From: Prorocentrum cordatum
Lineage: Eukaryota
Direction: 5' to 3'
Assembly: GCA_963575745.1 (NCBI GenBank)
Contig: CAUYUJ010000002.1
Coordinates: 806,001-870,000, forward strand
DNA length: 64,000 nt
Within the stretch, counting starts at the first letter, position 1, and the number at the start of each line of letters is the position of its first letter. Position numbers and translations under genes: made by a program. This document shows positions 1 to 12,019 of this stretch, one piece after another. The notes beneath the pieces are model-generated. The model searched no databases, was not told the origin of the DNA, and was given only the letters and a program-made list of their open reading frames with translations.

Positions 1-369
1 AGCTTTCCTCGCAATTCGCTGACAGAGGAGGCACCCGCGACGGGACTGCCTCAACATGCAGGTCTCATGAGCCTCAAAGTGACGACATACATGATTGAGA
101 CGTCCACGGATTAGAAACAACGGCTCCCGTCCAAGGCTCAAGCCTTCCTCAATAGACAGACCTCAGGAGCCCAACAGTGACGACATGTGAAACTTGATTA
201 TATGACCCGCACCAGATTGGAAGCATCAAATGTGTGAACTCATTGGGAGTGGGTCCTGCCCGAGGCTTCCTAGCAATTCACACAGACGAGTCTCCCGCTG
301 GAGTCGCCCTCGAGATTAGTGTATGAATGTGCATAAGTGCGTGAGTGTGTGAGTCTGGGGGGGGGCTGG

Positions 370-641
370 TGGCGATGGTGATAGGAATTGTGATGATGAT
401 GGTGATGATGATGATGATGATGGTGATGATGATAGTGATGATGATGACGATGGGTATGGGTATGGGGATGATGATGATAATGACGATGATGATGATATTG
501 ATGATGATGATGAAGATGATGATGATGATGATGCTGATGATGATATTGATGCTGACCCTGATGGTGATGATGATTGTAGTGGCCTTCGGCAAGTGCCGCC
601 GATCCGGGGTGCTCCGGATGATGATGATGATGATGATGATT

Positions 642-680
<39 letters not shown>

Positions 681-1111
681 GTGATGGTGATGGTGATGGT
701 GATGGTGGTGATGGTGATGGTGATGGTGATGGTGATGGTGATGGTGATGATGGTGATGATGATGATGATGATGATGACGATGATGATGATGATGATGATG
801 ATTACGTCCCCCCCCCTCCCTCCCTGGCAGCGAGCACATAATTTGTCAGGTAATCACGTTCCCCCCCCTCCCTCCCTCCCAAGCAGAGCTAAAGCTCATG
901 CTTAAGCAGAGCTTCAGCGTAGACTTCTTAAACTCACACGCCGGATCGGCGGATGATGATGATGATAATGACGATGGTAATGACGATGATGATGATGATG
1001 ATGATGATGGTGATGATGGTGATGGTGTTGATGGTGTTGATGGTGTTGATGGTGATGATGATGCTGATGATGATATTGATGATGGTGATCATGGTGATGG
1101 TGATCCTGTTG

Positions 1112-1150
<39 letters not shown>

Positions 1151-1151
1151 C

Positions 1152-1219
<68 letters not shown>

Positions 1220-1220
1220 C
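370..1220. repeat. Compound (GAT/GGT/GCT)n trinucleotide microsatellite
   Basis: Near-continuous GAT runs with variant triplets, interrupted at ~805-950; gives spurious poly-H/M/D ORFs. Confidence 0.95.
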
Positions 1221-1404
1221 TAGTGTGTGAGCGTGCGTGGTAATGACGATGACGAGTGTAAACAAGAAGGGAAGAGCAGATCGGAGGGGTGTGGGTGTGT
1301 ATTCCTGCAAGGGGACTCCTAGAGAAAAAATAGCCCCCTACAAACGTAAACATAACCATCACTTAAGAAAACACGAACCCCACGCCTGGTGGCAAACTCT
1401 GCAT

Positions 1405-1565
1405 ATATATATAAACTGTCGGAGATGCGCGCGGATTTCTTGGATCGGAGCTGGACGCCTTGGCGGCTCCTTCGGCACCGCCCGTGGCGCGCTCCGCGCG
1501 CCAGGCAGGGGGGGCCCAGCGCGGATCCAAAGTTATCCGCGCGAGCCTCCGAAAGTTCATGTTCA
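1405..1565. mobile_element. Degenerate MITE, probably related to the 11884-12019 element
   Basis: Left end ATAAACTGTCGGAGATGCGCGCGGATTTCTT and right end ATCCGCGCGAGCCTCCGAAAGTTCATG are imperfect inverted repeats resembling the TIRs at 11884-12019. A weaker relative lies at ~30890-30990. Confidence 0.5.
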
Positions 1566-1789
1566 AAATTGTTCAAATTTGTTTGCCTCCCGACCCGAAG
1601 TTGCTTGTGTGCAGCTTCGGCCCCCTCTCCCCAAGCTGCGTACACACGGGCTCGGGGTTCCTTCTTCTGCTGGGATTCCAGACGAACCAATCCCCAACGT
1701 ATGCGGAATCTGCCATTGATTTCTGCTGTTGTGCACTGCTGCAAACGATTCAAACCGCATGTGTCCCTCGTTCTTACTCTCTGCACGAA

Positions 1790-1982
1790 CGAAATGGGCC
1801 CGGAAAGAATGGGTACAATGCCCAACAGCAGTTCCTGTTCATTCTGAACAGGACTCGCTGTCCGAGCCGCCGCGGCCCTTGTCCATTCGAGACAGAGGGC
1901 CGCCTGCCCAACAGCGGCCGCTGTTGGTTTGGGACAACATTTGCCGTTGGGCATTGTACCCATTCTTTCCGTACCCATTTCG
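1790..1982. mobile_element. MITE-like element with ~40-bp terminal inverted repeats
   Basis: CGAAATGGGCCCGGAAAGAATGGGTACAATGCCCAACAGCA (from 1790) matches the reverse complement of TGCCGTTGGGCATTGTACCCATTCTTTCCGTACCCATTTCG (ending 1982) with 3 mismatches; no TSD evident. Confidence 0.7.
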
Positions 1983-2139
1983 GGCGTCCAAATACTCGGG
2001 GAACACATTGGATCGCCCGCGCCCGCTCCCTCGGGGCTCCGTGCGGCTCCACGCCGGGCTCCCCCGGCGGGGGCTCGGCCGTGCTCGGCCTCGGCGGGCG
2101 ACCCACCGTCCTGGGGGCTCCTCGAACGCCCGGGGTCGA

Positions 2140-2246
2140 GGACGACGACGATGACGAAAACGACGGACGACGGGCGGACGACAGACGGTGGATGAATACG
2201 ACGACGACGGCCAGACGGACGCACGGACGGAGACGACGACGACTCA

Positions 2247-2306
<60 letters not shown>

Positions 2307-2312
2307 GACGAG

Positions 2313-2354
<42 letters not shown>

Positions 2355-3520
2355 GACCACGAGGAGGACGAGGACGAGGACGAGGGCGGACGAGCAGGGC
2401 GGGTTCCCGCGGAGGCGCCCGCCGCCGTGTCCTTCCGCCTCGCGTGGGACTCGCCCCAGGAGTGGGGCGGCGTGCAGGACGCACGCTTCGGGGGGCGGAG
2501 GAGGGAGGGAGGGAGGGAGGGAGGGAGGGAGGGAGGGAGGGAGGGAGGAAGGGAGGAGGAGGAGGAGGAGGAGGAGGAGGAGGAGGAGGAGGAGGAGGGA
2601 GGAGGAGGGAGGAGGAGGAGGGAGGAGGAGGAGGAGGAGGAGGAGGTAGAGGAAACCCAGGCTCCCCGCAGCCATTTTTAATCTCTCGATCCACTCCCCG
2701 CGCAGGGTCATTTACTTGACCAAGGGCCTCCTACTCCTCCGTTTTCTCCTCTTCCGTTTCCTCTTTCTCCTCCTCTACCTCGTCCTGTTATTGTTCCTCA
2801 TCATTTTCCTCATCGTCATAGTCACCACCATCATCATCGTTACCATGACCATCCTCCTCATTATCATCGTCATCGTCGTCCCTTTCTCCTCTCTCGTCGG
2901 GAAGGGGGAGCGGCGCTCGCGCGGGGTGGGGTGGGGGAGGAGCCGCGGGCGGGGAGAGACCGGGGCGCCCCCCCCCGCGCGGCGCAGGACGTCCAGTTGC
3001 GGCTGGAGTCGCGGGCGAGCGGTCAGGCGGCTGGCGGGGGCGGGAGAGGGCGGCAGCGGCAGCCGGGGGGGGGAAGGAAGGAGAAGTGATGATGAGAAGG
3101 GGCAGCAGCAGAGGGAGGGTGAGCAGCAGGAGCTGCAGCTCCTTGTCTTCCTCCTCTCCGCTGCTGAGCTTCCTTGCCCGCGACCAGAGAAGGAGCAGGA
3201 GGAGGAGGACGACGACGAGGGCGAAGACGTCAATGAGCGTGAGAAGGAGGAAGAGGAGGAGAGGAGGAGGAGGAGGAGGAGGAGGAGGAGGAGGAGAAGG
3301 AGGAACGCAGGAAGAGGAGGGTAGCGACGCCGCGCAGCAGGGTCACACCCCTTACGCCAGCATCTTTTGAGAAGGGCGGGAAGGAGTAACAAGAGCGAGC
3401 AGGAGAGCGAGGAGGGCGAGGAAAACGACGACGACGAGGACGACGAGGACGACGACGACGACGACGACGACGAGGACGACGACGACGACGACGACGACGA
3501 CGAGGACGAGGACGACGACG
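2140..3520. repeat. Cluster of (GAC)n, (GGA)n and (GGGA)n microsatellites
   Basis: Visible tracts at ~2230-2385, 2500-2645, 3245-3300 and 3425-3520. Confidence 0.9.
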
Positions 3521-5050
3521 AGAGCCGTCCGCACCGAGCTCACGGCCAGAGCTCGGCGAGTGGCCCAGAGCCTGCGATGCTTCCTCCCCTGGGCTGAACG
3601 TCGACGGGTAGATAGCACTTACGCATCTTTGTTGCTGCTGCTGCTGCTGCTCCTCCGAGGGTCGCCGATGCATCGGCGATGCGGCGCGATCTGGGGCTCG
3701 TGCGTCTCTGGCCCGCCGTCGTCGATGTTGGTCCCTGGGCCTCGCCAGTAGCGATTTTGCGCTGGCTCCCGCTCTCGGGGGTGCCTCGGTCGCGTGGAGT
3801 AGAAGTATACCTCACAGAGTGCGGGAGCGTCTTCCCCAAGCGGGAGGAGGGGAAGAAGTGGGCAAAATGGGGAGAAGGAGGTGGAGGGAGGGAGGTGCAA
3901 CAGGAGAATGGATGGGACGGGAAGCGAGAGAAGGAGGCAGGAGGCGGAGGGAGGGGGGGGGGTGGAGGGGCGGAGAGTTCGATCCCCACGACAGTGCCTG
4001 CATTGCTGCAAGGGTACTTGCCCTTGTTCTCTGAGGTGTCGCCCAGCGGCCGCGTGTGGCCGCCCCACGTGCTGGCCAGGTGTTCCAGGTGTCTGCCCAG
4101 TGGCCGCATGGGTTTGTCTGCCTGTCCGTGCGCTCGGAGGGCAGAAGGGAGTGGCATACTTTATCGTTTTTTCTATCAGCGGTTGAATGAGGGAGGCAGG
4201 GAGGAGGACCCAATCCGAGATGTCAACGAAAAGTTGAAACCACTCGAAGAAACCTCATCAACGCTGAACCTGAGCCCTCGAACGGGCGAACGAGCGGATC
4301 GTCAAGAGGCCTGGCCCGCGACGGGCTGCTTGTGTGGCGCTACACTGCGCAGAGTGCTGGGCTTCCGCGCGCCGCGACCCAGAGACTGACGGCGTGAATC
4401 CACCCTGGAACACCTGCGGCGAAGGAGGAGGAGGAGGAAACGAGGAGAGGGGAGGGAGGGAGAAACGAGCGGTGCACCCATCTTGGGGCGGATGCCAGAC
4501 AGCACCTCGGCCAGCGTAGCCAGCTGCGCCTTCTTGCGGCGCCTCTCCCTGGAGAAGCCACGGCACACCCCCCTTAGCTTACGCGTGGGGCCAACACGCG
4601 ATTGCGTCGAGAGGGATGCACGGCAGACGAGCGCGTGCCCCGCTTGCACCACTTGATGACCACGCTCGGCGAAGCAGCCCAGATCAATCCGAGGCCCGAA
4701 AAGCATCACGGCACTAATTTTGGGCCCCAGGGCCCACTCAGGCCCCAGGGGCCCCAGGTAAGTGAAGTGATGTTTCTTTCCCATGTAAGGACCCCGAAAT
4801 TCATCACTTCACTAAACCGAACCCAGGACAAAAGTCTGGGGCCGAATTGCTGCTGTGATGCAACATAGGTCTCGTAATGAATGGGAGGGATCGGCACCAT
4901 CACGCTCTCGGGCGGCTCACCCGTACTGGCCTCCACCCCATCGGGCGCAGCCGCCGCCATGAGCACCGGGCCTGCTGTGGGGTCCGCGCCCTCATGGAAC
5001 ACACGCCCCATCCGCCGAACGACGGCCAGGTACAGGGCAGACCCTAGCCT

Positions 5051-5207
5051 TAAGTCGGGCCTGTCCCTCTACAGGGGGATATTCAAAAATAGTCCAAAAA
5101 CAGTCTGGGGACGATTTTTTGATTATTTTTGACCGTCTCGGAGTATTTTTGGTGTATTTGTGATCTTTCGTCCAAAATCCCCCTGTAGGGGGACATGCCC
5201 GACCTAA
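5051..5207. mobile_element. MITE family A, copy 1 (~156 bp, ~28-bp TIRs, 9-bp direct repeat)
   Basis: TAAGTCGGGCCTGTCCCTCTACAGGGGG ... CCCCCTGTAGGGGGACATGCCCGACCTA; AT-rich core; flanked by CCCTAGCCT at 5042-5050 and 5208-5216. Homologous to 15720-15879 and 17570-17719. Confidence 0.85.
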
Positions 5208-5479
5208 CCCTAGCCTCCGCTCAGGCGTGGGCTCACACGCGCCATGCGAACGATTCCCAAGAGATCGAAGCGTGAGCTCGGTGCAGGCAGTCCAACTGCA
5301 CTCCCTGCCCAGCACCTCTGCGGTGTCAGGAAGTCTAGCAAACGAGTGCTGAGTGGAGCAGAGAAGGGCTGCGCGAGGCTTACTGGCAGGCTTTTCGGCC
5401 ACTCTCCTGATTTTGACGACCCCCGCCTCTTTCCCCCCTCCCTCCTCGCCCTCCTGCCCGCTCCTCCTCCCTTCTCTTT

Positions 5480-5700
5480 CACCATCAGCAGCATCAGCAT
5501 CAACAGCATCATTAGCATCATCATCAGCAGCATCATCACCATCATCATCATCATTATCAGCAGCATCATCATCAGCAGCATCATCATCATCAGCATCATC
5601 ATCAGTATCATCATCATCAGAATCCTCATCCTCATCAGCATCATCATCAGCAGCATCAGCATCGTCGTCATCAGCACCAATGATCATTATCATTACCACT

Positions 5701-5742
<42 letters not shown>

Positions 5743-6012
5743 AGCATCCTTCTCGCCACGGAGCCTCATCATAATCTTCATCTTCATCATCAGCATCATC
5801 ATCATCATCGTCACCATCATCATCATCATCAGCATCATCATCATCAGCAACAGCATCATCATCATCATTAGCATCATCATTATCAACATCATCAGTATCA
5901 TCATCAGCAGCATCATCATCAGCATCGTCATCATCATTCACACCACCATCGTCATCCTCATCCTCATCATCATCAGCATCATCATCATCATCAGCAGCAG
6001 CAGCATCATCAC
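5480..6012. repeat. (ATC/AGC)n microsatellite
   Basis: Continuous ATC runs with CAG variants. Confidence 0.95.
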
Positions 6013-8079
6013 CATATAGCCGCACTGGGCCGAGGCACTTGCTTCGGCCCGCGGCTTGGAGGGTGCATCTGCGCCCCCCGCGCCCCCCCCGTGCGCCCCA
6101 GCCCTTCGCTCTTCCTTGGCCATGGTCGTCGCGTCTCACCTGGCATGGCTCCGCTCCCAGGTCGTCCAAGGCGTTCGAGCTCATATCTCGGTCTCCGCTG
6201 CGTCGGCCCACGGAACAGGGGAGCTCAAGGTGGTCGTGCATCATGATGCCCCGCATCTAGCAGATGCAGCTCGAGTCTTGCTTCTCGCGTCGATAGATGC
6301 CCTCGCCCCTCCTCTCGTGCATGGCGTGACAGTAGATCGTGGGCACAGACATCCGAGTACGGATTGCAGCGAGACTCACTTCTGGTTTCGAGTCCCACCT
6401 GGCGAACCTGCTCATGATGCTCCTCCCAGCGGATGGCTTCCAGGTGGCGGACCCGACGCGGATGGGGATGGCGGCGTTGATTTTAGAGGGGTTCCGCCTC
6501 AGAAGCCTCGCGATGTGGGCAGGGGCGCTGACCCAGGGCAGGGGCCCGTGGGCTTCGGCTGCGGCCTCGTTGGGGCGGTGTGGACAGGGGCGCTGACCCG
6601 TGACGGATCCGCGGGCTTCGGCGGCGGCCTCGGTGGAGCTTTGTCCGAAGAAACCAGGGCAGATGGGCATCATTTCTGGTGTTGGTGGTTGTCTTGCTGG
6701 CTGTCTTCATGAAGATGATTGGCCACCGCGGGGACTTCCTGTGGTTCCTCCGCTCCCGTTCAGCAAGGAGGCCCGTATGTTTGTTCCTGCTGGTTATTGC
6801 AATGTGGATATCCTACCTCCCGAGTTGAACGGTGGCCTTCCTGAGGGGATTCCTCACTAGTATCGTGGTGGCTGCTGTTCTCTAACGGAGTATGGCGGTC
6901 CTCATGCCGAGCCTGGTGATACTGATCGTGCGGGGCCTCATGATCGATGCTTTTCTTGTTGAAGATGGAGCTGGAGATCCCAGCGTCCCCCGCAGTGATG
7001 TTGAGGTTTGCTTCGCCCCGCTACGCGAGGCCATGACGAAGCTGGAGGCACAGATATCGAAAGTCCTTCGTGAACAGGCGGACGAGGGTCGTTCGCTGGT
7101 GCTGGAACTGTACATGGGACGAGTGGTACGTGAGATCGTGTGGCCTGAAAATATCCCGACGGACAACTTCGACGATAACATGTGGGACACTCATCAGCAC
7201 TACGGTTGGCCAATCGGTCTCTTCATTGGCGTTTTGCCACGATTTGGGAAGATGCGCGTATTGGACGCACGGGGCGGATTACATCTCTCAGTGGTGACTC
7301 TCGTTTTCATCTCGCGGTCTTTCCTGATGATGCGCAAGTTGCTATGGAGGCATCCCATCTCCGCGAGGACCATGACCCTTCGAGCACCGCGCAGTGGGAG
7401 GGCATGTTGCTAGAAAAACAGACCCTGGATGAAGAGCTGGGGCGCGGCGCGCAAGAATTCTCAGTCTGACGCAGGCATGAGGTCTTCGATCCTGAGGTCA
7501 TCGCCAGTACGTGGTCCCCCTCGGCTTCCTTGTGTGCCTCTTGGGGGACACGCTGGTCGTCGTGCGCTGCGGCTCCTTCTATTGGAAGGTGTCTTAGGCC
7601 GCGGACCCACCCTTTTCGTGTCGTTCTGTCTGTGTTCGTCTTGTCTCTTCGCTCTGTCGCCTCCTCTCTCGTGTCCTGCCCTCTTGCGTTGTCGTCTCTG
7701 CGCTTTGGGGTTTGTCGTTGCTTCCCCCTCGGCCTCGTCTTCCTCCCCTTTTCCCCCGTTCCCTCGTCGCCCTCCGCTTTCGGCGGGGCGGTGCCCGACC
7801 GGATCGGTGCCAGCTGCCGGGGGGGGACATCATCACCATCATCAGCAGCATCATCATCATGATGATGCTCATCATCAGCCTAAGCAATATCCGCAACAAC
7901 ACCAACACCAACATCAAAATTCATTTCCGCAACGACAGCAGCAACAACAACATCAACGTCCTCCCCCCGCCCCCGCCCTCCCTTTTTTTCCCCCCTTCCT
8001 TCTCGTCCTCCTCGTCCTCCTTCCTCACCCTTCTGCCTCGTCCTCATCACCCTCCCCATCGCCTCCTGCCCCCGAGGAG

Positions 8080-8584
8080 AAGGAAGAGAAAGAGGAGGAG
8101 GAGGAGGAGGAGGCACAGGAGGTTTGACGACGGGGCCCACATTTGGGAGGGGAGCGACAGAGTGCGAGGATAAGGACGAGACGGATGAGGGAGGAGTCGG
8201 AGGAGGAGGAGGAGGAGGGACGAGGAGGAGGAGCAGGAGGAGGAGGAGGAAGAGGAAGAGGAGGGACGAGGAGGCGATGACGAAGAGACGACGAGGGCGG
8301 GACGAGGGGGAGGGGGCACAGGCGGAGGATGCACAGGAGGAGGAGGAGGTCCTTCCCTCGTCGCCCCTTCCCGCCCAGAGGATGGGGGCGCCCCGCGCGC
8401 GCGCGGCTCCGGCCCGCCCCGAGGTGCAGCTGATCCGAATCCGTGTGGACGGCTCGGGCGGCTTGGACGCTTTGCCCCCAGAGTTCCAGGCCGGGACGAT
8501 GACGGCAAGGACGACGACGACGACGACGACGACGCCGATGCCGATGGCGGCGGCGGCAGCGGCGGCAGCGGCGGCGACGCCGAC

Positions 8585-8633
<49 letters not shown>

Positions 8634-10054
8634 CCGCGGCGGCGGCGGCGGCGGCAGCGACGACGACGACGGGTGGCGGCGGCGACGGCCACGACGTCGC
8701 CGACGGCGGCGGCGGCGGCGGCGACGACGCCGACCACAGCGGCGGCGGCGGCGACGACGACTGTGACGACGACGACGCCAATTGCGTCGGCGACGGCGGC
8801 GGCGACGACGACGACTGCAGCGGCGGCGGCGGAGGCCGCTGCGGTGGCGGCGGCGGCGAGGGGGAGGAGGAGGGGGGGGAGGACACAGGGTCGGCCGACC
8901 GAGGGGGCGCCATCGTGGCACCCGACGCGCCGCGGCCTTACAACCGAAATTTACACTTAATGATGCGAGCCCGCCTGGCTTGGCGGGCCTGGACGGGCTT
9001 AACGATGGGGTCCCCGTTGGGGGGGAGGACGGGGGGGGGAGGGGAAGGACGAGTCGCAGGAGGAGGGGGGACGAGGGACGAGGAGGCGAGGACGAGGAGG
9101 CGAGGAGGGCGGGCCGAGGGGGCGCAGGAGGAGGTGGACGGGGAGGGGGGCAGCTCGATGCGGACGTGGACGAGGACAACGAGGAAGAGAATGAGGGAGG
9201 GACGACGCGAACGAGAAGGAGTGGGAGGAGGTGGAGGACGACGACGAAGAAAACATGCAGCGGGGGGGCAAAAGCCGGATGAGGACGAAGAAGAGCAGCA
9301 ATCAGCACGACGAAGCCCATAGCATGCTTGCTATGTACGTATGTCTTCTCCCACTGCCAGTGTGGTTAAGCTTCTCTGGGTAATTGCAATAGATGGTTTC
9401 GTCGCGGTGGTGTAAGCATGCGATGGGCATGACGAGCACGACAATGTCGAGTCTCGTCGCAGATCATGACCCCTGGAGTTTCATGGAGGTCAACAGGGGC
9501 CTGGGGCCTCCGGAAACCCTGTGAAATTCAAGAGGGGCCGATAATGTCGAACATCTTCGATCCTCGATTTTCGGCGGTACGAAATTGGCTGAGCATGTTG
9601 CCCTGGACCGCTCCAAGGGCCCATCCTAGCCTGTTGAGAGGGGACCTGCTTCAGGCCACGGTGATGAAGAATACACCCGAAGCCCACGATTCGAGGACCT
9701 CGACCGTCGGGAGCAAAACTTTTCACAACGACGACGACGACGACGACGCCGACGACGACGACGACAACGGAGACAAAGACGAGGAGGACAAGGGCGAGGA
9801 GAAAGGGAGGGTGGAGAAGGACGAGGAGGATGAGCAGAAGCAATAGGGGCAGGAGTACGACGACGACCATCGCGATAATGAAGGTGACGTCGGCAACGAC
9901 GACGACGACGCCGACGACGATGATGATGCCGACGACGACGACGACGACGACGATCACGACGACGACTACGACGACGACTACGGACGACGGACGACGGACA
10001 GCGACGACAGCGACGACGACAAGCACAGCGTATGTCGCCGACGACGACGGACGA

Positions 10055-10086
<32 letters not shown>

Positions 10087-10440
10087 ACGATGACGGCGGC
10101 GGCCGCGGCGGCGGCCGCGTTGGCGGCAGCGGCGACGACGGCGACGGCGGCGGCGGCCGCGGCGGCGGCCGCGTTGGCGGCAGCGGCGACGACGGCGACG
10201 GCGGCGGCGGCGGCGACGGCGGCGGACGGCGGCGGACGCACAGCGGTCAGCAGCGGGCGGCCCCCGCGGCGGAGAGGCCCCGGGGCGGTTCGGCTGGGCG
10301 GCGCTCCTGGCGGCCGCGGCGCTGCTTTGGTGCTGCTGCAGGCGCCTCCTCCTCCTCCTCCTGCTCCTCCTCCTCCTCCTCTCCTCCTCCTCCTCTCCCT
10401 CCTCCTCCCTCCTCCTCCTCCCTCCTCCTCCTCCTGGCTC
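8080..10440. repeat. GC-rich microsatellite mosaic (GGA, GAC, GGC, CCT)
   Basis: Several trinucleotide tracts separated by short unique segments. Confidence 0.85.
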
Positions 10441-11883
10441 CTCCTCCCCCCCCCCGCGTGTCAGCCGCCCGCCGCGCCGCGGCCGTCGTCGCCCGCCGCG
10501 GCCGCGGCCATCACCGTCGCTGTGCCGCGGGCGTCTGGAACACATCGAGGTGATGGTCTTTCAGATTGTTCCACCCTTCGGGGCCCTTACACCGGGCTTC
10601 GGGGCCGTCAAGAGGCGGTTGCGAGTAAGGGGCTCACCGGGGAAGTGGTCGAGACAGGTCGGGGCCTCGTGTCTCGAAAAGATCGAGGCGCTTGATGACT
10701 GGCTGGGTTCGTCCTCGTCGTCGCAGCGCGCCCTGGTTCTCCCGCCGCCGTCGTCTCCGTCGTCACTCATGCGCTCTCTCTCTTTCTCTCTCTGTCTCTC
10801 TTCCTCTCTCCTCCTGCCTCCCCCGTATGGCGCGTTCAGACTCAAGAAAAAGCTCTCCTTCTCGTCATCCTGATCCCCCCCTCCCTCCTTCCATGCCTCC
10901 CTCCCTCTCTCCATCCTCTGGTTCCACCCCCTTCTCGCCCTCAGCCGCGTCCTCCCTTCTTCCACTCGCGTGGGGCACGCTTGGCATGAGTCTGGCGCGC
11001 GCACCCGTCTCCCAGTTTTCGGGGCAGGGTCGGGTCGAGTTCTCGGAGGTGGTAGAACCCTCCCCCGTTTCGGATTTCCTTGGGAGTTCTCCTGAGAGCA
11101 CGAGACGAGACGACGCAGAGGCCTGACCTGGCATTGCCACGCCAGCGTGCTGCTGGCCGAGCTAGCCCATCGTGGCCAGTCGCGCGGTGGTCCCTTCACG
11201 TCAGAGTAGCGCGTGGTGGCGGCGCTGATCACGAGCTGCCACCACTCGGGCGCTGACCTGAGAGGGGGCACGAATTCAGAGGTAGAGGTCTCTCCCCAGC
11301 AAGAGGGGTAGATGCGGAACTGTGGAGTCTGAGTCCTCAGAAGAGCACGAGACGACGCGACAACAGAGCTCCTGGAGGGAGGGCGAGGGGCGCAGGGGCG
11401 GCGTTCGCTGGCGGGGCTCGCGCGAGGCCTCGGCGGGCGTCGCCGGCAAGTGCGGGGTGCCGGCGAGCCGCGTGCGTGGACCGCGCGTGCGTGGCCCGTG
11501 GACCGCGCTGAAGGCGAAGAATACACGCCGAGCCGACGCAGCACGGCCGCCTTCGCAAACACGAAGAACTGCGCGGCGCTCCGGCGGGGGGCACCGTGCC
11601 GCCCGCGCCCGCGCGCGGACCCGCTGCGAGGGCGGCGGGAGCGGCACGGGCCGCGCGCCCACACATGTGAGCGCCACGTCCAAGGGAGGCGCGGAGTGCG
11701 CACGGGAGCAGGAGGGGGTTTTCACCCAGGGGCTTCGTACCCCCTGTCTTGACGAGGTTCCGAGGCCCCTGGGGGGCTCTCTGGAAAGCCCCCTCCCCAA
11801 AAAACCCCTTTTGGAACCCTCTGGGTGGTCGAGCCGTCGGAGATGAGCAGGGGGGAGGAGAAGCATCGGGGAACAGACGATTA

Positions 11884-12019
11884 CATAAGCATAAATTTTC
11901 AGAGGTCCGCGCGGACTTCTCCGATCGGCGCTGGAGCCCCCTGGCGGCGCCTCTTGCGCCGCCCTCCGGAGGGGGGTCCAGAAGAAGTCCGCGCGGACCT
12001 CCGAAAGTTTATGCTAATG
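11884..12019. mobile_element. MITE with ~36-bp TIRs and TA flanks (Tc1/mariner-type MITE)
   Basis: TA-CATAAGCATAAATTTTCAGAGGTCCGCGCGGACTTCT ... AGAAGTCCGCGCGGACCTCCGAAAGTTTATGCTAATG-TA; 3 mismatches between the arms; TA on both sides. Confidence 0.75.
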
